A stretch of DNA of 40,551 nt from Treponema sp. (GTDB lineage Bacteria; Spirochaetota; Spirochaetia; Treponematales; Breznakiellaceae): assembly GCA_031258115.1 (NCBI GenBank), contig JAIRNJ010000093.1, positions 1 to 40,551 on the forward strand. Direction: 5' to 3'. The translations under genes were made by a program, and so were the position numbers. The notes under the pieces are model-generated. The model was not told the origin of the DNA and made no database searches. It saw only the letters and a program-made list of their open reading frames with translations. Below, one piece after another: positions 8,089-17,491 of this stretch. Numbering within the stretch: the stretch's first letter is position 1; each line of letters starts with the position of its first letter.

Positions 8089-10023
8089 ATGAGTGATTTT
8101 AGACCGGAAGACCCCAAGAACGACAAAAAGAAAGATCCTCTGTGGCCGGGAGGCCCCCGGCTGCCGGATTTCAAGCCCTTCGGCGGATGGAAATTTTCAA
8201 TAATTTATATCCTGGTTCTAATCATAGGCCTAAGCCTTTTTAACTATGTCTTCATGAGCCGGGTGAATCCCACCATCGATTTTTCTGAATTCAAGGCCAG
8301 GATCTCCAGCGGGGAGATAAAACGGGTGGAGATTACCGATTCCTATTTTACAGGTTATACCGGTTCCCTTGCCCGCCGCAGCGCCGGTTCGCCGGTTATC
8401 AAGAGTCCCTACATGGCTTCCCCCGAGCCGGTTTATAGAACCGTGCCTCTCAATGACCCGGATATCATCAAATTGATGGACGAAAAGGGTGTAGCCTACT
8501 ACGCCGTATCCCGCGAAGGCAGCGCAATCCTCAATATTATCTTCAGTTGGGTTCTCCCTATCGCCTTTTTCCTCATTATATGGCGTTTCCTCATGAAACG
8601 TCTGGGCAATATGGGGGGCGGCGTCCTTTCCGTGGGGCAGAACCGGGCGGTTATCGTGGCGGAAGGGGACATTGTTACCCGTTTTACCGATGTGGCCGGA
8701 GTAGACGAGGCGAAGGATGAACTCATCGAGGTGGTTGATTTCCTTAAAAGCCCCCGGAAGTACACCGATATAGGCGGCAAGATCCCCAAGGGGGTACTCC
8801 TCGTGGGGCCGCCCGGTACCGGCAAGACACTCCTCGCCAGGGCGGTGGCGGGGGAGGCGGGTGTTTCCTTTTTCCGCATCTCCGGCGCCGAATTTGTAGA
8901 GATGTTTGTGGGGGTAGGGGCCGCCAGAGTGAGGGATCTCTTCAAGCAGGCCAGGGAAAAACGGCGCTGTATCATCTTTATTGATGAACTGGACGCCATC
9001 GGCAAGAGCCGGATCAACAACATCGCCGGGGGCAACGACGAGCGGGAACAGACTCTCAATCAGCTTCTCGTGGAAATGGACGGTTTTGACGCTACAAGCG
9101 GGCTTATCATCCTGGCGGCTACCAACAGACCCGATGTGCTTGATCCAGCCCTGCTCAGGCCCGGCCGTTTTGACCGGCAGGTACTGGTAGACCGTCCCGA
9201 TCTCAAGGGCCGGGAAGAGATCCTGAGAATTCACTCCAAAACCGTAAAACTCTCTCCCCTGGTGGATCTCACGGCCGTAGCCCGAAGCACCTCAGGCTTT
9301 GTCGGGGCGGATCTGGCCAATATCGTGAACGAGGCGGCCCTTCTTGCGGTCCGGGGCGGCAGGCAGTTTGTGCTTCAGAATGATTTTGAAGAGGCCATCG
9401 AAAAGACCGTGGCGGGGCTCCAGAAGAAGACCCGGATCATCTCTCCCGAAGAACGGCGTATCGTTGCCTTTCACGAGACAGGCCACGCGCTCATCGCCGC
9501 GTTCACGGCGAATTCAGACCCGGTGCAGAAAATTTCCATCGTTCCCCGCGGCTTCGGCGCCCTGGGCTACACCCTCCAGTTGCCCATCGAAGACCGTTAC
9601 CTCATGACCGAAGAAGAGCTTTTGGGGAAGATTGATGTCCTTTTGGGAGGCCGGGCCGCCGAGGATCTTGTATTCGGCAAAATTTCCACCGGGGCGGCCA
9701 ATGATCTTACCAAGGCGACGGACATTGCCCGTAAGATGATCACCGATTACGGTATGTCCGAGCGTTTCCGCAATGTAGCCCTTACCCAGCGGGGCGCCGG
9801 GATGCTGGGGCCCCAGGCTCAGCAGGAGCCGGTGTTTCACCGGGAATATTCCGAAGCTACCCAGCAGTATGTGGACGAGGAAATTGCCCGTATGGTGGAG
9901 TCCCGCTATCTTCACGCAAAAAACATGCTTCAGGAGAAACGCCCTCTTCTCGAAAAGGTTGCCGCAAACCTTCTGGAGAAAGAGTCCCTCGACGAAAAGG
10001 AATTCAAGGCCCTCCTGGCTTGA
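8089..10023 (+). CDS. ftsH: ATP-dependent zinc metalloprotease FtsH
   Basis: Walker [12 protein letters not shown] region, zinc motif HETGHAL, two N-terminal TM segments. Confidence 0.95.
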   Translation: MSDFRPEDPKNDKKKDPLWPGGPRLPDFKPFGGWKFSIIYILVLIIGLSLFNYVFMSRVNPTIDFSEFKARISSGEIKRVEITDSYFTGYTGSLARRSAGSPVIKSPYMASPEPVYRTVPLNDPDIIKLMDEKGVAYYAVSREGSAILNIIFSWVLPIAFFLIIWRFLMKRLGNMGGGVLSVGQNRAVIVAEGDIVTRFTDVAGVDEAKDELIEVVDFLKSPRKYTDIGGKIPKGVLLVGPPGTGKTLLARAVAGEAGVSFFRISGAEFVEMFVGVGAARVRDLFKQAREKRRCIIFIDELDAIGKSRINNIAGGNDEREQTLNQLLVEMDGFDATSGLIILAATNRPDVLDPALLRPGRFDRQVLVDRPDLKGREEILRIHSKTVKLSPLVDLTAVARSTSGFVGADLANIVNEAALLAVRGGRQFVLQNDFEEAIEKTVAGLQKKTRIISPEERRIVAFHETGHALIAAFTANSDPVQKISIVPRGFGALGYTLQLPIEDRYLMTEEELLGKIDVLLGGRAAEDLVFGKISTGAANDLTKATDIARKMITDYGMSERFRNVALTQRGAGMLGPQAQQEPVFHREYSEATQQYVDEEIARMVESRYLHAKNMLQEKRPLLEKVAANLLEKESLDEKEFKALLA

Positions 10024-10036
10024 AAATGAAGCTACT

Positions 10037-10075
10037 AAAAAAAGCAGTTTTGTAGGCCGTAGGCCGAAAAACTGC
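10037..10075 (-). terminator. Rho-independent terminator of the XRE gene
   Basis: Stem GCAGTTTT 10044-10051 / AAAACTGC 10068-10075. The loop carries GTAGGCC twice. A7 at 10037-10043 gives a U-run on the minus strand. Confidence 0.6.
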
Positions 10076-10131
10076 AGGAGCTTCGGCAAGGGACCGCAGG
10101 TCCACACCAACCGGGTTTTGCAAGAAGCTCC

Positions 10132-10491
10132 CTATTTTGTTTTATTCAGGTACTGATCCGTCAGATTTCCCAGTACCATGTTAATATTTGCCCTGAAGTC
10201 CGACACATAGCCGGAAAAGCTGTCGTCAGGTATTTTTTCGGGAAGGAAAAACCGGTAAGGCGCCACATTCAGCGCGCTGGAAAGCTTTGCCAGAGTTTTT
10301 TCAGAGATACCCCGTTTGCAGTTTTCAATATCATTGATAAAGGCATTGGTCAGTCCTGTCATGGTGGCAAGGCTGAACTGGGAGATATTACGCATCTCGC
10401 GCATGCGTTTCAGATTTCTTCCGAATAAGAGACGTATATCCTTTTCGCTGACGCTTTTTTCCATGGAGTTTACAGTATCTGCGTTTCTCAC
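10132..10491 (-). CDS. XRE-family helix-turn-helix transcriptional regulator
   Basis: HTH segment ISQFSLATMTGLTNAFINDIENCKRGISEKTLAKLSSAL. The start is either GTG 10491 or ATG 10464. Confidence 0.75.
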   Translation of the reverse strand: MRNADTVNSMEKSVSEKDIRLLFGRNLKRMREMRNISQFSLATMTGLTNAFINDIENCKRGISEKTLAKLSSALNVAPYRFFLPEKIPDDSFSGYVSDFRANINMVLGNLTDQYLNKTK

Positions 10492-10553
10492 CGAAGCTAC
10501 AAACTGCAGTGGGTTGAAAAATTTAAACTATCAGTTGATTTTCGGCTAAGGAA

Positions 10554-10587
10554 GCACTGATTTATTCGAATGCGAATAAATCAGCGC
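10554..10587. repeat. PAL-1 palindromic element, copy a
   Basis: CTGATTTATTCG 10557-10568 / CGAATAAATCAG 10573-10584. Arms are identical to those of the copy at 28802-28831. Confidence 0.8.
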
Positions 10588-10638
10588 CGCTTTAATGTGG
10601 TTTTTCGCAGTTTTCCGCATGAAAACGAGAAAATAATA

Positions 10639-10675
10639 GGGCAGCGCTGATTAGCCGCATTAATCAGCGTTGCCC
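10639..10675 (-). terminator. PAL-1 variant hairpin acting as terminator of the M15 peptidase gene
   Basis: GGGCAGCGCTGATTA 10639-10653 / TAATCAGCGTTGCCC 10661-10675 pair 14/15. It abuts the stop codon and is followed on the minus strand by TATTATTTT. Confidence 0.65.
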
Positions 10676-11712
10676 TAACGCATGTCTGTCAGGAGAATTT
10701 CGTTCAGAATCAGAATTTCAGGCCGGAATTCAAAATGCATGGTGTCGTAGAAGAGCCATTTTCCACCCCAGATAAAGCCGTAAGCTTCAAATGCTTTAAC
10801 TACCTCATCCGGAGGATGCAGACGTTTTTCGTAGGGTACAGTCCACCATTCCGGAGTCGATTGGGCAGTCCAGAGCCAGTACGTGTTGGATCTCCCGTAA
10901 TTTTTGGGGAGGATGTCCAGCGCGGCGCCGTATGCATGGAAACTCCGGCTCTGGGTATCGGCAATACCCCGCCAGTTCCAACCGTCCAGGGTACTGAGGC
11001 TGGCAATCCAGGCCCGTATACGGGAGTTCGTTTTTGACTCGGAGAGGATCCTCTCCTCAACCAGGGCCAATTCTTCCAAAATGGCATAGTGAACCATCAC
11101 CGTATGGCCCAAAAAACGGATCGATTTTATCCTCTCCCAGGCTTCTTCCTTATTATGAGCCCGCCAAAGCGCATCAAAGAAATGCTGGGAACGTCTGGAA
11201 GGATTCCGCCGCCGCCGTTCAGCCATGCCCCGGAAGCGTTCCTCCTCCTCCGGTTCCGGCGCCTTCCACGCGGGCAGTTCCGCAGGGTAGTTGTAAAAGG
11301 GTTGGCCGTCATAGTCCCGGGCCTTTTCCCGAAGTTCCTCGGGGAGCAGTTTTCCATCCGCATAGTAGTACCAGTCTCCCCGTATCGGGACAGCCCAGTC
11401 TCCGTTACGTATTTCCGCCGGGCCGAGCCTGTCGGGATAGGCCTTTGCCAGGGCTTTCATCACCTGTTCGGCCCTGTCCATCTCCGTCTTTTCAAGGGCG
11501 GCTGCGGGCATGAGGGCCTCATTTTCAATCTTTTCAGATTCCGGTTCGGAGGAACCCTGTTCTCTGCCTGCAAGGCTGTATTCGGCCCTTTCCCTTCCGG
11601 CATTGCGGGGGCTGTCTTTATTCTGGGATTTGCCCCGGCAAAAGGCATGCTCCGTGACCAGAATAGCCAGTAAAAGCGCAATGAAGAACAGCCTTTTTTT
11701 CATTTTTTTCAC
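10675..11712 (-). CDS. Secreted M15-family metallopeptidase (VanY / D-Ala-D-Ala carboxypeptidase-like fold)
   Basis: Signal peptide MKKMKKRLFFIALLLAILV. C-terminal motifs SFHAYGAALD and WGGKW...DTMHFEF (an H-x6-D ... H-x-H type zinc site). Confidence 0.7.
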   Translation of the reverse strand: MKKMKKRLFFIALLLAILVTEHAFCRGKSQNKDSPRNAGRERAEYSLAGREQGSSEPESEKIENEALMPAAALEKTEMDRAEQVMKALAKAYPDRLGPAEIRNGDWAVPIRGDWYYYADGKLLPEELREKARDYDGQPFYNYPAELPAWKAPEPEEEERFRGMAERRRRNPSRRSQHFFDALWRAHNKEEAWERIKSIRFLGHTVMVHYAILEELALVEERILSESKTNSRIRAWIASLSTLDGWNWRGIADTQSRSFHAYGAALDILPKNYGRSNTYWLWTAQSTPEWWTVPYEKRLHPPDEVVKAFEAYGFIWGGKWLFYDTMHFEFRPEILILNEILLTDMR

Positions 11713-11745
11713 CTTACCTCTTGATCTTTTTTTTCCGCCTTGATA

Positions 11746-11754
11746 TGGTATAAT
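11746..11754 (+). promoter_or_regulatory. Extended -10 promoter upstream of rpsL
   Basis: TGgTATAAT at 11746-11754 with no good -35. It would give a ~110-nt leader containing the 11785-11806 hairpin. Confidence 0.5.
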
Positions 11755-11784
11755 TCCTTCTCTGAAAAAAATAGAGGGCTGAAT

Positions 11785-11806
11785 CGGTTCTGAAATTTTG
11801 GAACCG
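11785..11806. repeat. PAL-2-related half element / hairpin in the rpsL leader
   Basis: CTGAAATTTTGGAAC (11790-11804) matches the PAL-2 copy B strand CTGAAGTTTTGGAAC at 14/15. Local stem CGGTTC / GAACCG. Confidence 0.55.
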
Positions 11807-11870
11807 GCTCGGGTGTATCGTTATTATCCGCCGTATGCCGGCGTTGATATTGTAAGGGAGTTTTTAAGGA

Positions 11871-12245
11871 ATGCCTACGATTAATCAGTTGGTACGTTTC
11901 GGGAGACAGCAGGTTTCTTCCAAGTCCAAGTCGCCTGCCCTCCAGTCTTGTCCGCAGAAGAGGGGGGTATGTACCCGCGTCATGACCATGACCCCCAAGA
12001 AGCCCAATTCGGCCCTTCGGAAGGTCGCCCGTGTGCGTCTCTCCCACGGGACTGAAGTAACGGCCTATATTCCCGGTATCGGGCATAACCTCCAGGAACA
12101 CTCGGTGGTTCTGGTTCGCGGCGGCCGTGTCAAGGATCTTCCCGGTGTCCGTTACCATATTATCCGCGGGGCCAAGGATACCCTGGGTGTGGAAGACCGC
12201 AAGCGGGGGCGCTCTAAATACGGAGCCAAACGGCCAAAGGCATGA
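11871..12245 (+). CDS. rpsL: 30S ribosomal protein S12
   Basis: 124 aa with canonical N-terminus [12 protein letters not shown]. Confidence 0.97.
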   Translation: MPTINQLVRFGRQQVSSKSKSPALQSCPQKRGVCTRVMTMTPKKPNSALRKVARVRLSHGTEVTAYIPGIGHNLQEHSVVLVRGGRVKDLPGVRYHIIRGAKDTLGVEDRKRGRSKYGAKRPKA

Positions 12246-12301
12246 AATTTCGTTTCATGTCCGGTTCAACTTTATGGTTAGCTTAAGGAGAGAGGAGATT
12301 T

Positions 12302-12772
12302 ATGGGTCGTAAAAAGAAGACCATTGACCGGGGCATTGCGCCGGATCCCAGGTATAACAGCGTTGTAATTTCCAAATTTGTTAACCGCATGATGTGGGAA
12401 GGCAAGCGTTCCGTAAGCCTCAGGATCGTGCATGACGCCCTGGGGATTCTTCAACAGAAGACCGAAAAAGAGCCGCTGGAGGTATTCCTCAAGGCGCTTG
12501 ATAATGTAAAGCCTGTCATAGAGGTAAAGAGCCGCCGGGTGGGCGGCGCTACCTATCAGGTGCCGGTGGAAATCCGGGAATCCCGGCGGGAAGCTCTGGG
12601 TATGCGGTGGATCATCAACGCGGCCAGGGCCCGTTCCGGCCACGGCATGGGAGAGCGGCTTGCCGCGGAACTCCTTGACGCCTTTAACAATACCGGTTCC
12701 GCCTTCAAGAAGAAGGAAGATACCCACAAGATGGCGGAAGCCAACAAGGCATTTGCCCATTATAAGTGGTAA
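12302..12772 (+). CDS. rpsG: 30S ribosomal protein S7
   Basis: 156 aa, [20 protein letters not shown]... Follows rpsL as in the str operon. Confidence 0.97.
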   Translation: MGRKKKTIDRGIAPDPRYNSVVISKFVNRMMWEGKRSVSLRIVHDALGILQQKTEKEPLEVFLKALDNVKPVIEVKSRRVGGATYQVPVEIRESRREALGMRWIINAARARSGHGMGERLAAELLDAFNNTGSAFKKKEDTHKMAEANKAFAHYKW

Positions 12773-12776
12773 AAAT

Positions 12777-12798
12777 AAACTCCGGGGGAGTTTTATTT
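12777..12798 (+). terminator. Rho-independent terminator after rpsG
   Basis: AAACTCC 12777-12783, loop GGG, GGAGTTT 12787-12793, then TATTT. Confidence 0.65.
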
Positions 12799-12829
12799 GG
12801 CGGAAACCAAATTTTCTGCGGTGTTGCTA

Positions 12830-12858
12830 TTGACAAGATTTTTTTTAGAGTGTAGAAT
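12830..12858 (+). promoter_or_regulatory. Near-consensus sigma70 promoter with no adjacent ORF
   Basis: TTGACA 12830-12835, 17-nt spacer, TAGAAT 12853-12858. Confidence 0.65.
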
Positions 12859-12864
12859 GTTTGA

Positions 12865-13080
12865 AATGCCCTTTAGGGCTTGACGGTTTTTGAAATAGAT
12901 ATCCGGTTTTCAGGTCTGAACTGCCGTGCCGGATATATGCTGCGGCAATGCCGGGAGGTGTACGGGAGATAGTTTCAAATGGAAGGCCTTCCAGGCTGGT
13001 TTGTAAGCGCAGCAAGGTCTCGCGGGACATTCCATTGAGTGTCTCCGGGCCGGCGCCGGTTTTTGATCTGCGCCGGCTTT
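12865..13080 (+). ncRNA. Candidate unclassified structured RNA or tuf leader
   Basis: Starts at the predicted TSS of the 12830-12858 promoter. No RBS-led ORF. Hairpins at 12899-12936, 12981-12992 and 13049-13077, the last followed by TTT. No known ncRNA signature recognised. Confidence 0.3.
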
Positions 13081-13314
13081 GATCCAAACCGATCATCGGT
13101 GTGTGCGGATGGGATAGGTGGAACGGGACGGATTCTTGAACGATAAGCATTTCCGCTTTCTTCATTTTCCGCTTGTTAATCCATGTATCTCAATTATTAC
13201 GCTGTTTTTTTGTCTGAATGTTATTCGGACGCTTGGCGGTTTAGAGCCTTTTGGTTTTAGACCGGATTATGTTGCATTGATTTTTACTGTGCCCATTAAT
13301 GCAAGGAGGACACA

Positions 13315-14514
13315 ATGGCAAAGGATAAGTTCAATAGAACTAAGATCCACATGAATGTCGGGACCATTGGTCACGTTGACCATGGGAAAACCACCCTTTC
13401 CGCCGCTATTACCATGTATTGCGGCAAGAAGTACGGCGACAAGATTATGAAATTCGACGATATTGATAATGCGCCGGAAGAGAAGGCCCGCGGTATTACC
13501 ATTAATACCCGGCACCTGGAGTATCAGTCCGAGAAGCGGCATTATGCCCACATAGACTGCCCCGGGCATGCCGACTACATTAAGAACATGATCACGGGCG
13601 CGGCTCAGATGGACGGCGCCGTACTGGTAGTTTCGGCTCCCGACTCGGTCATGCCCCAGACGCGTGAGCATATTATTTTGGCAAGGCAGGTGGGAGTTCC
13701 CAACATGATCGTTTTCCTCAACAAGGTAGACCTGGTTGACGATCCTGAGCTCCTCGAACTCGTAGAAGAGGAAATCAAGGACGTACTCAACGCCAACGGT
13801 TTCCCCGGAGATGAAATTCCCATCATCAAGGGTTCCGCATTCAAGGCGATGGAGGATCTCAACAGGGGTGAAGAGACCGAAAATTCCAAGTGCATCCAGG
13901 AACTGCTTGATGCCATGGACAGCTACTTCCCCGATCCCCTGCGTGATGCCGATAAGCCCTTCATTATGCCTATTGAAGACGTATTCACCATCTCCGGCCG
14001 CGGTACCGTTGTTACCGGCAAGGTGGAACGCGGTGTTCTGAAGCTGAACGAAGAAGTTGAAATCGTCGGTATCAAACCCACCAAGAAGACGGTTGTTACC
14101 GGTATGGAAATGTTCAACAAGATCCTTGACGAAGTACAGGCCGGCGATAACGTCGGTACTTTGCTCCGCGGCGTTGAAAAGAAGGAAGTGGAAAGAGGCC
14201 AGGTACTTGCCAAGCCCGGTTCCATTACTCCCCATTCCAAGTTCAAGGGTCAGATCTACTGCCTCTCCCAGGATGAAGGCGGCCGGAAGACTCCCTTCTT
14301 TACCGGTTACCGGCCCCAGTTTTATTTCCGGACTACCGACATCACCGGTACGGTCAAGCTTCCCGAGGGGAAGGAAATGGTTATGCCCGGGGATAATACC
14401 GAAATCTTTGGTGAACTGATCCACCCCATAGCCATGGAGAAAGGCCTCCGCTTCGCTATCCGCGAAGGCGGGAAGACCGTTGCCTCCGGCCAGGTAGTTG
14501 AAATTATCGAATAA
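13315..14514 (+). CDS. tuf: Elongation factor Tu
   Basis: 399 aa with [14 protein letters not shown] and NKVD motifs. RBS AAGGAGG upstream. Confidence 0.98.
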   Translation: MAKDKFNRTKIHMNVGTIGHVDHGKTTLSAAITMYCGKKYGDKIMKFDDIDNAPEEKARGITINTRHLEYQSEKRHYAHIDCPGHADYIKNMITGAAQMDGAVLVVSAPDSVMPQTREHIILARQVGVPNMIVFLNKVDLVDDPELLELVEEEIKDVLNANGFPGDEIPIIKGSAFKAMEDLNRGEETENSKCIQELLDAMDSYFPDPLRDADKPFIMPIEDVFTISGRGTVVTGKVERGVLKLNEEVEIVGIKPTKKTVVTGMEMFNKILDEVQAGDNVGTLLRGVEKKEVERGQVLAKPGSITPHSKFKGQIYCLSQDEGGRKTPFFTGYRPQFYFRTTDITGTVKLPEGKEMVMPGDNTEIFGELIHPIAMEKGLRFAIREGGKTVASGQVVEIIE

Positions 14515-14526
14515 TGTGTTGTAGAA

Positions 14527-14565
14527 CAATGAGCCTGAGATTTTCGAAGGCTCATTGCTTTTTCT
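14527..14565 (+). terminator. Terminator/attenuator hairpin between tuf and rpsJ
   Basis: CAATGAGCC 14527-14535 / GGCTCATTG 14549-14557, followed by CTTTTTCT. It directly abuts the rpsJ RBS GGAGG 14566-14570. Confidence 0.65.
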
Positions 14566-14574
14566 GGAGGAATG

Positions 14575-14883
14575 ATGGCTAAGGAGCGCATTCGGGTTAG
14601 GTTAAGAGGCTTCGATGTGGAGCTTATCGACCAAAGCGCGAAATCTATTGTTCAAACGGTTCAGAAAGCGGGGGCCCAGGTAACCGGTCCTATACCGCTG
14701 CCTACTCGTATAAACAAGGTCACGGTACTTCGTTCACCTCATGTGAACAAGAAGGCTCGTGAGCAGTTCGAGATGAGGACACACAAACGTTTGATTGATA
14801 TTATTAATCCCTCACCGGAAGTGATGGATTCCCTGATGAAGCTGGAGCTTCCTGCAGGGGTGGATGTTGAAATAAAACAGTAG
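14575..14883 (+). CDS. rpsJ: 30S ribosomal protein S10
   Basis: [14 protein letters not shown]... ATG 14575 is 4 nt after GGAGG; an alternative ATG is at 14572. Confidence 0.96.
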   Translation: MAKERIRVRLRGFDVELIDQSAKSIVQTVQKAGAQVTGPIPLPTRINKVTVLRSPHVNKKAREQFEMRTHKRLIDIINPSPEVMDSLMKLELPAGVDVEIKQ

Positions 14884-14951
14884 AATTTTCAGGCAGACGG
14901 TTCGCTTGCCGGCAGGCTTGCGGATAAGGTGCTATACAGTGGGGTTGTGCG

Positions 14952-15572
14952 ATGTTAGGTCTCGTGGCCAAAAAAGTGGGAATGACTCAGATCTTTGATG
15001 AGACGGGGAATCTGATACCGGTAACGGTATTACGTTTCGATCCCAATGTGGTTATTGCCCGGAAAACAGTTGAGAAAGATGGCTATAAGGCCCTGGTTGT
15101 CGGAATTGACGACATGAAGAAAAACCTGGTAACCAAGCCGTATCGCGGGCAGTTTCCCGAGAGTCTGGCGCCCAAGAAGCATATCCAGGAACTGCGGGAT
15201 TTTGAAAAAGAAGCTGAGATAGGCGATTCCCTGGGAATCGAGGTGTTTGAGGGTGTCCGTTATGTGGATGTTTCCGGGGTTTCCAAGGGTAAGGGCTTCC
15301 AGGGTGTCATGAAGCGCTGGAATTTTGCCGGCGGCCGCCATACCCATGGATCCAAATTCCACCGGGAACCCGGTTCTACCGGACAGTCTACCTATCCTCA
15401 CCGGACTTTCAAGAATGTAAAGCTTCCCGGCCGGATGGGGCGGGAAAAGGTTACGGTTTTGAGTCTCAGAGTGGTAAAGATTGATTCGGAAAAGCAGCTC
15501 ATGATGGTTCGTGGCGCTGTACCGGGTATCAATAAGGGACTGCTCTTTGTGCGTTCCGCCGTAAAGAAGTAG
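14952..15572 (+). CDS. rplC: 50S ribosomal protein L3
   Basis: MLGLVAKKVGMTQIF..., 206 aa. Confidence 0.96.
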   Translation: MLGLVAKKVGMTQIFDETGNLIPVTVLRFDPNVVIARKTVEKDGYKALVVGIDDMKKNLVTKPYRGQFPESLAPKKHIQELRDFEKEAEIGDSLGIEVFEGVRYVDVSGVSKGKGFQGVMKRWNFAGGRHTHGSKFHREPGSTGQSTYPHRTFKNVKLPGRMGREKVTVLSLRVVKIDSEKQLMMVRGAVPGINKGLLFVRSAVKK

Positions 15573-15595
15573 TTTCAGGAAGAATGAGGAAAGCG

Positions 15596-16234
15596 ATGAA
15601 CGGTAAAGTATATTCGGTGCAAGGCGTAGAGCTTCGCAGTATTGAGCTGGATGACTCTGTTTTTGGCCTTCCGGTTAACGATGACGTTATCTGGTATGCC
15701 ATCAACAATGAACTGGCCAACAAACGGCAGGGGAATGCCTGTACCAAGGATCGCGGAGAGGTTCATGGTTCCAATGCCAAACCCTACAAGCAGAAGGGTA
15801 CGGGCCGGGCCCGCCGGGGCGATAAAAAGTCTCCGGTACTGGTAGGCGGCGGCGTTGTATTCGGGCCAAAACCCCGCGATTTTTCATATTCAATTCCGAA
15901 AAAAATGAAGCGTCTGGCAATGAAGACCATCCTGAGCCTCAAGGCCCAGAGCGATACCCTAAAAATTGTTGAAGATTTTACCGTGGAATCCGGTAAGACC
16001 AAAGATCTTGCGGGAATCCTTAAAAATTTGGCAAAAGGGGAACGGACGGTCATCATCCTCAAGGATAACGATCCCCAACTGAAGCGGGCGGGAGCCAATA
16101 TTCCCTGGCTGCATTTCCTTTCCTATAACCGTCTGCGGGCCCATGACCTCTTCTATGGCCGGCAGATTTTGATGCTGGAAACGGCGGCCAAAAATCTTAG
16201 TGAATTTTACGGTTCCGCCGGGGAGGCTGAATAA
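15596..16234 (+). CDS. rplD: 50S ribosomal protein L4
   Basis: MNGKVYSVQGVELRS... The GAGGA spacing favours ATG 15596 over 15584. Conserved KGTGRARRG motif. Confidence 0.93.
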   Translation: MNGKVYSVQGVELRSIELDDSVFGLPVNDDVIWYAINNELANKRQGNACTKDRGEVHGSNAKPYKQKGTGRARRGDKKSPVLVGGGVVFGPKPRDFSYSIPKKMKRLAMKTILSLKAQSDTLKIVEDFTVESGKTKDLAGILKNLAKGERTVIILKDNDPQLKRAGANIPWLHFLSYNRLRAHDLFYGRQILMLETAAKNLSEFYGSAGEAE

Positions 16235-16521
16235 TGCAGGACTATGATCAAATTCTGATACGGCCGGTACTTTCCGAAAAGGCAAACCTCCTCCGTGAAG
16301 AAGGCAAGTATGTCTTCCGGGTGGATCCCCGGGCCAACAAGATTCAAATAATGGAAGCTGTCCGGCGGCTTTTTAATGTGCATCCCATTTCCTGTACCGT
16401 CATGAATGTGGGGGGTAAGCCCAAGCGTCAGCGCAGCAAGGCGGGTTACACGGCTTCCTGGAAGAAGGCGATTGTCCGCCTGCCGAAAGATGAAAAAATC
16501 GGCCTCTTTGAGGGCGTGTAG
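16234..16521 (+). CDS. rplW: 50S ribosomal protein L23
   Basis: 95 aa. The ATG overlaps the rplD stop (TAATG). Confidence 0.95.
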   Translation: MQDYDQILIRPVLSEKANLLREEGKYVFRVDPRANKIQIMEAVRRLFNVHPISCTVMNVGGKPKRQRSKAGYTASWKKAIVRLPKDEKIGLFEGV

Positions 16522-16530
16522 GGGAATATA

Positions 16531-17361
16531 ATGGGTATTAAAACATACAAACCGGTAACGCCCGGCATGCGGCAATGGGCCAGTCTCGATTTTTCGGAGC
16601 TTACCAAGGGCATAAAGCCGGAAAAAAACCTTGTTTCGGGCAGAACCGAACGGGCGGGCAGGGACTGGAATGGAAGGATCAGTGTCTGGCACAAGGGCGG
16701 CGGACACAAGCGCCGTTACCGTATTGTCGACTTTAAGCGGGACAAGATTGGTGTTCCCGGTAAGGTTTGCAGCATTGAATACGATCCCAACCGCAGCGCC
16801 AATATTGCACTTATCAACTATGTGGACGGAGAAAAGCGTTATATCATCGCTCCCAAGGGGCTTAAACCGGGCGCTGCCATTATCTCCGGCCCCGAAGCTC
16901 CCATAGAGCCGGGGAATGCCCTGCCTCTGGAGCGGATTCCGCTGGGCTTTACGGTTCATAATATCGAACTTACCCTGGGCCGGGGCGGTCAGATGGCCCG
17001 TTCAGCCGGTTCAGGCGCCCTGATTGCCGCAAAAGAAGGCGACTATGTTACCCTCAAGCTCCCCTCCGGAGAGATGCGCATGGTTTTCAAGAAATGCTAT
17101 GCCACCGTCGGCGTGGTGGGTAACGAGGATCACATGAATGTGGTCATCGGCAAGGCAGGCCGTAAGCGCTGGATGGGTGTGCGCCCTACGGTACGCGGCA
17201 TGGCTATGAATCCGGTGGATCACCCGCACGGAGGCGGTGAAGGCAAGAGCAAGGGTATTCATCCTGTCACCCCCTGGGGGCAGCCGACAAAGGGATATAA
17301 GACCAGAAAGAAGCATAAGCCTTCCTCCCGGTTTATTGTCAGCCGGGGCAAGAAGAAATAA
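16531..17361 (+). CDS. rplB: 50S ribosomal protein L2
   Basis: 276 aa with [14 protein letters not shown] motif. Confidence 0.97.
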   Translation: MGIKTYKPVTPGMRQWASLDFSELTKGIKPEKNLVSGRTERAGRDWNGRISVWHKGGGHKRRYRIVDFKRDKIGVPGKVCSIEYDPNRSANIALINYVDGEKRYIIAPKGLKPGAAIISGPEAPIEPGNALPLERIPLGFTVHNIELTLGRGGQMARSAGSGALIAAKEGDYVTLKLPSGEMRMVFKKCYATVGVVGNEDHMNVVIGKAGRKRWMGVRPTVRGMAMNPVDHPHGGGEGKSKGIHPVTPWGQPTKGYKTRKKHKPSSRFIVSRGKKK

Positions 17362-17365
17362 GGGT

Positions 17366-17491
17366 TTATGCGGAACTTCGTTCCGCTTCGATTGACTTAA
17401 GCGGCGATGCCGCCGCTTAACATAGGAGTTATGCGGAACTTCGTTCCGCTTCGATTGACTTAAGCGGCGATGCCGCCGCTTAACATAGGAG
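17366..17491 (+). repeat. Perfect tandem duplication, 2 x 63 bp, in the rplB-rpsS spacer
   Basis: 17366-17428 is identical to 17429-17491. Each unit has two hairpins, a 10-codon ORF (MRNFVPLRLT) and a terminal AGGAG. Confidence 0.95.

Noticed and set aside
8230-9234. 334-aa minus-strand ORF
   Set aside because: It is antisense to ftsH.
12845-13165. 106-aa minus-strand ORF in the rpsG-tuf gap, and a possible fusA pseudogene remnant
   Set aside because: It has no RBS, it overlaps the plus-strand promoter, and its composition is unremarkable. None of the six frames shows EF-G-like sequence such as AHIDAGKTT.
12860-13260. tmRNA, RNase P RNA, SRP RNA, 6S RNA, tRNA or a TPP/c-di-GMP riboswitch in the gap
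   Set aside because: I looked for GGGG...ACGG..UUCGAC with a CCA-ending T-arm, GAGGAAAGUCCGGGC, GGAAGCAGCC, the GTTCRANYC T-loop, and CUGAGA with ACCUGAUCUGGAUAAUGCCAGCG. None is present beyond weak partial resemblance.
13267-14529. 420-aa minus-strand ORF
   Set aside because: It is exactly antisense to tuf. Its low-complexity Gly/Val/Leu-rich translation has no motifs, so it is a shadow ORF of a highly expressed, codon-biased gene.
16207-16959. 250-aa minus-strand ORF
   Set aside because: It is antisense to rplW/rplB.
17368-17463. The two 10-codon MRNFVPLRLT ORFs as genuine leader peptides
   Set aside because: SD spacing is poor: 2-3 nt from the AGGAG or AAGGG. I keep them only as an observation within the tandem-repeat finding, not as annotated CDS.
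17366-17491. Possible CRISPR-like array
   Set aside because: There are only two directly abutting identical units, with no spacers and no cas genes. It is a tandem duplication.
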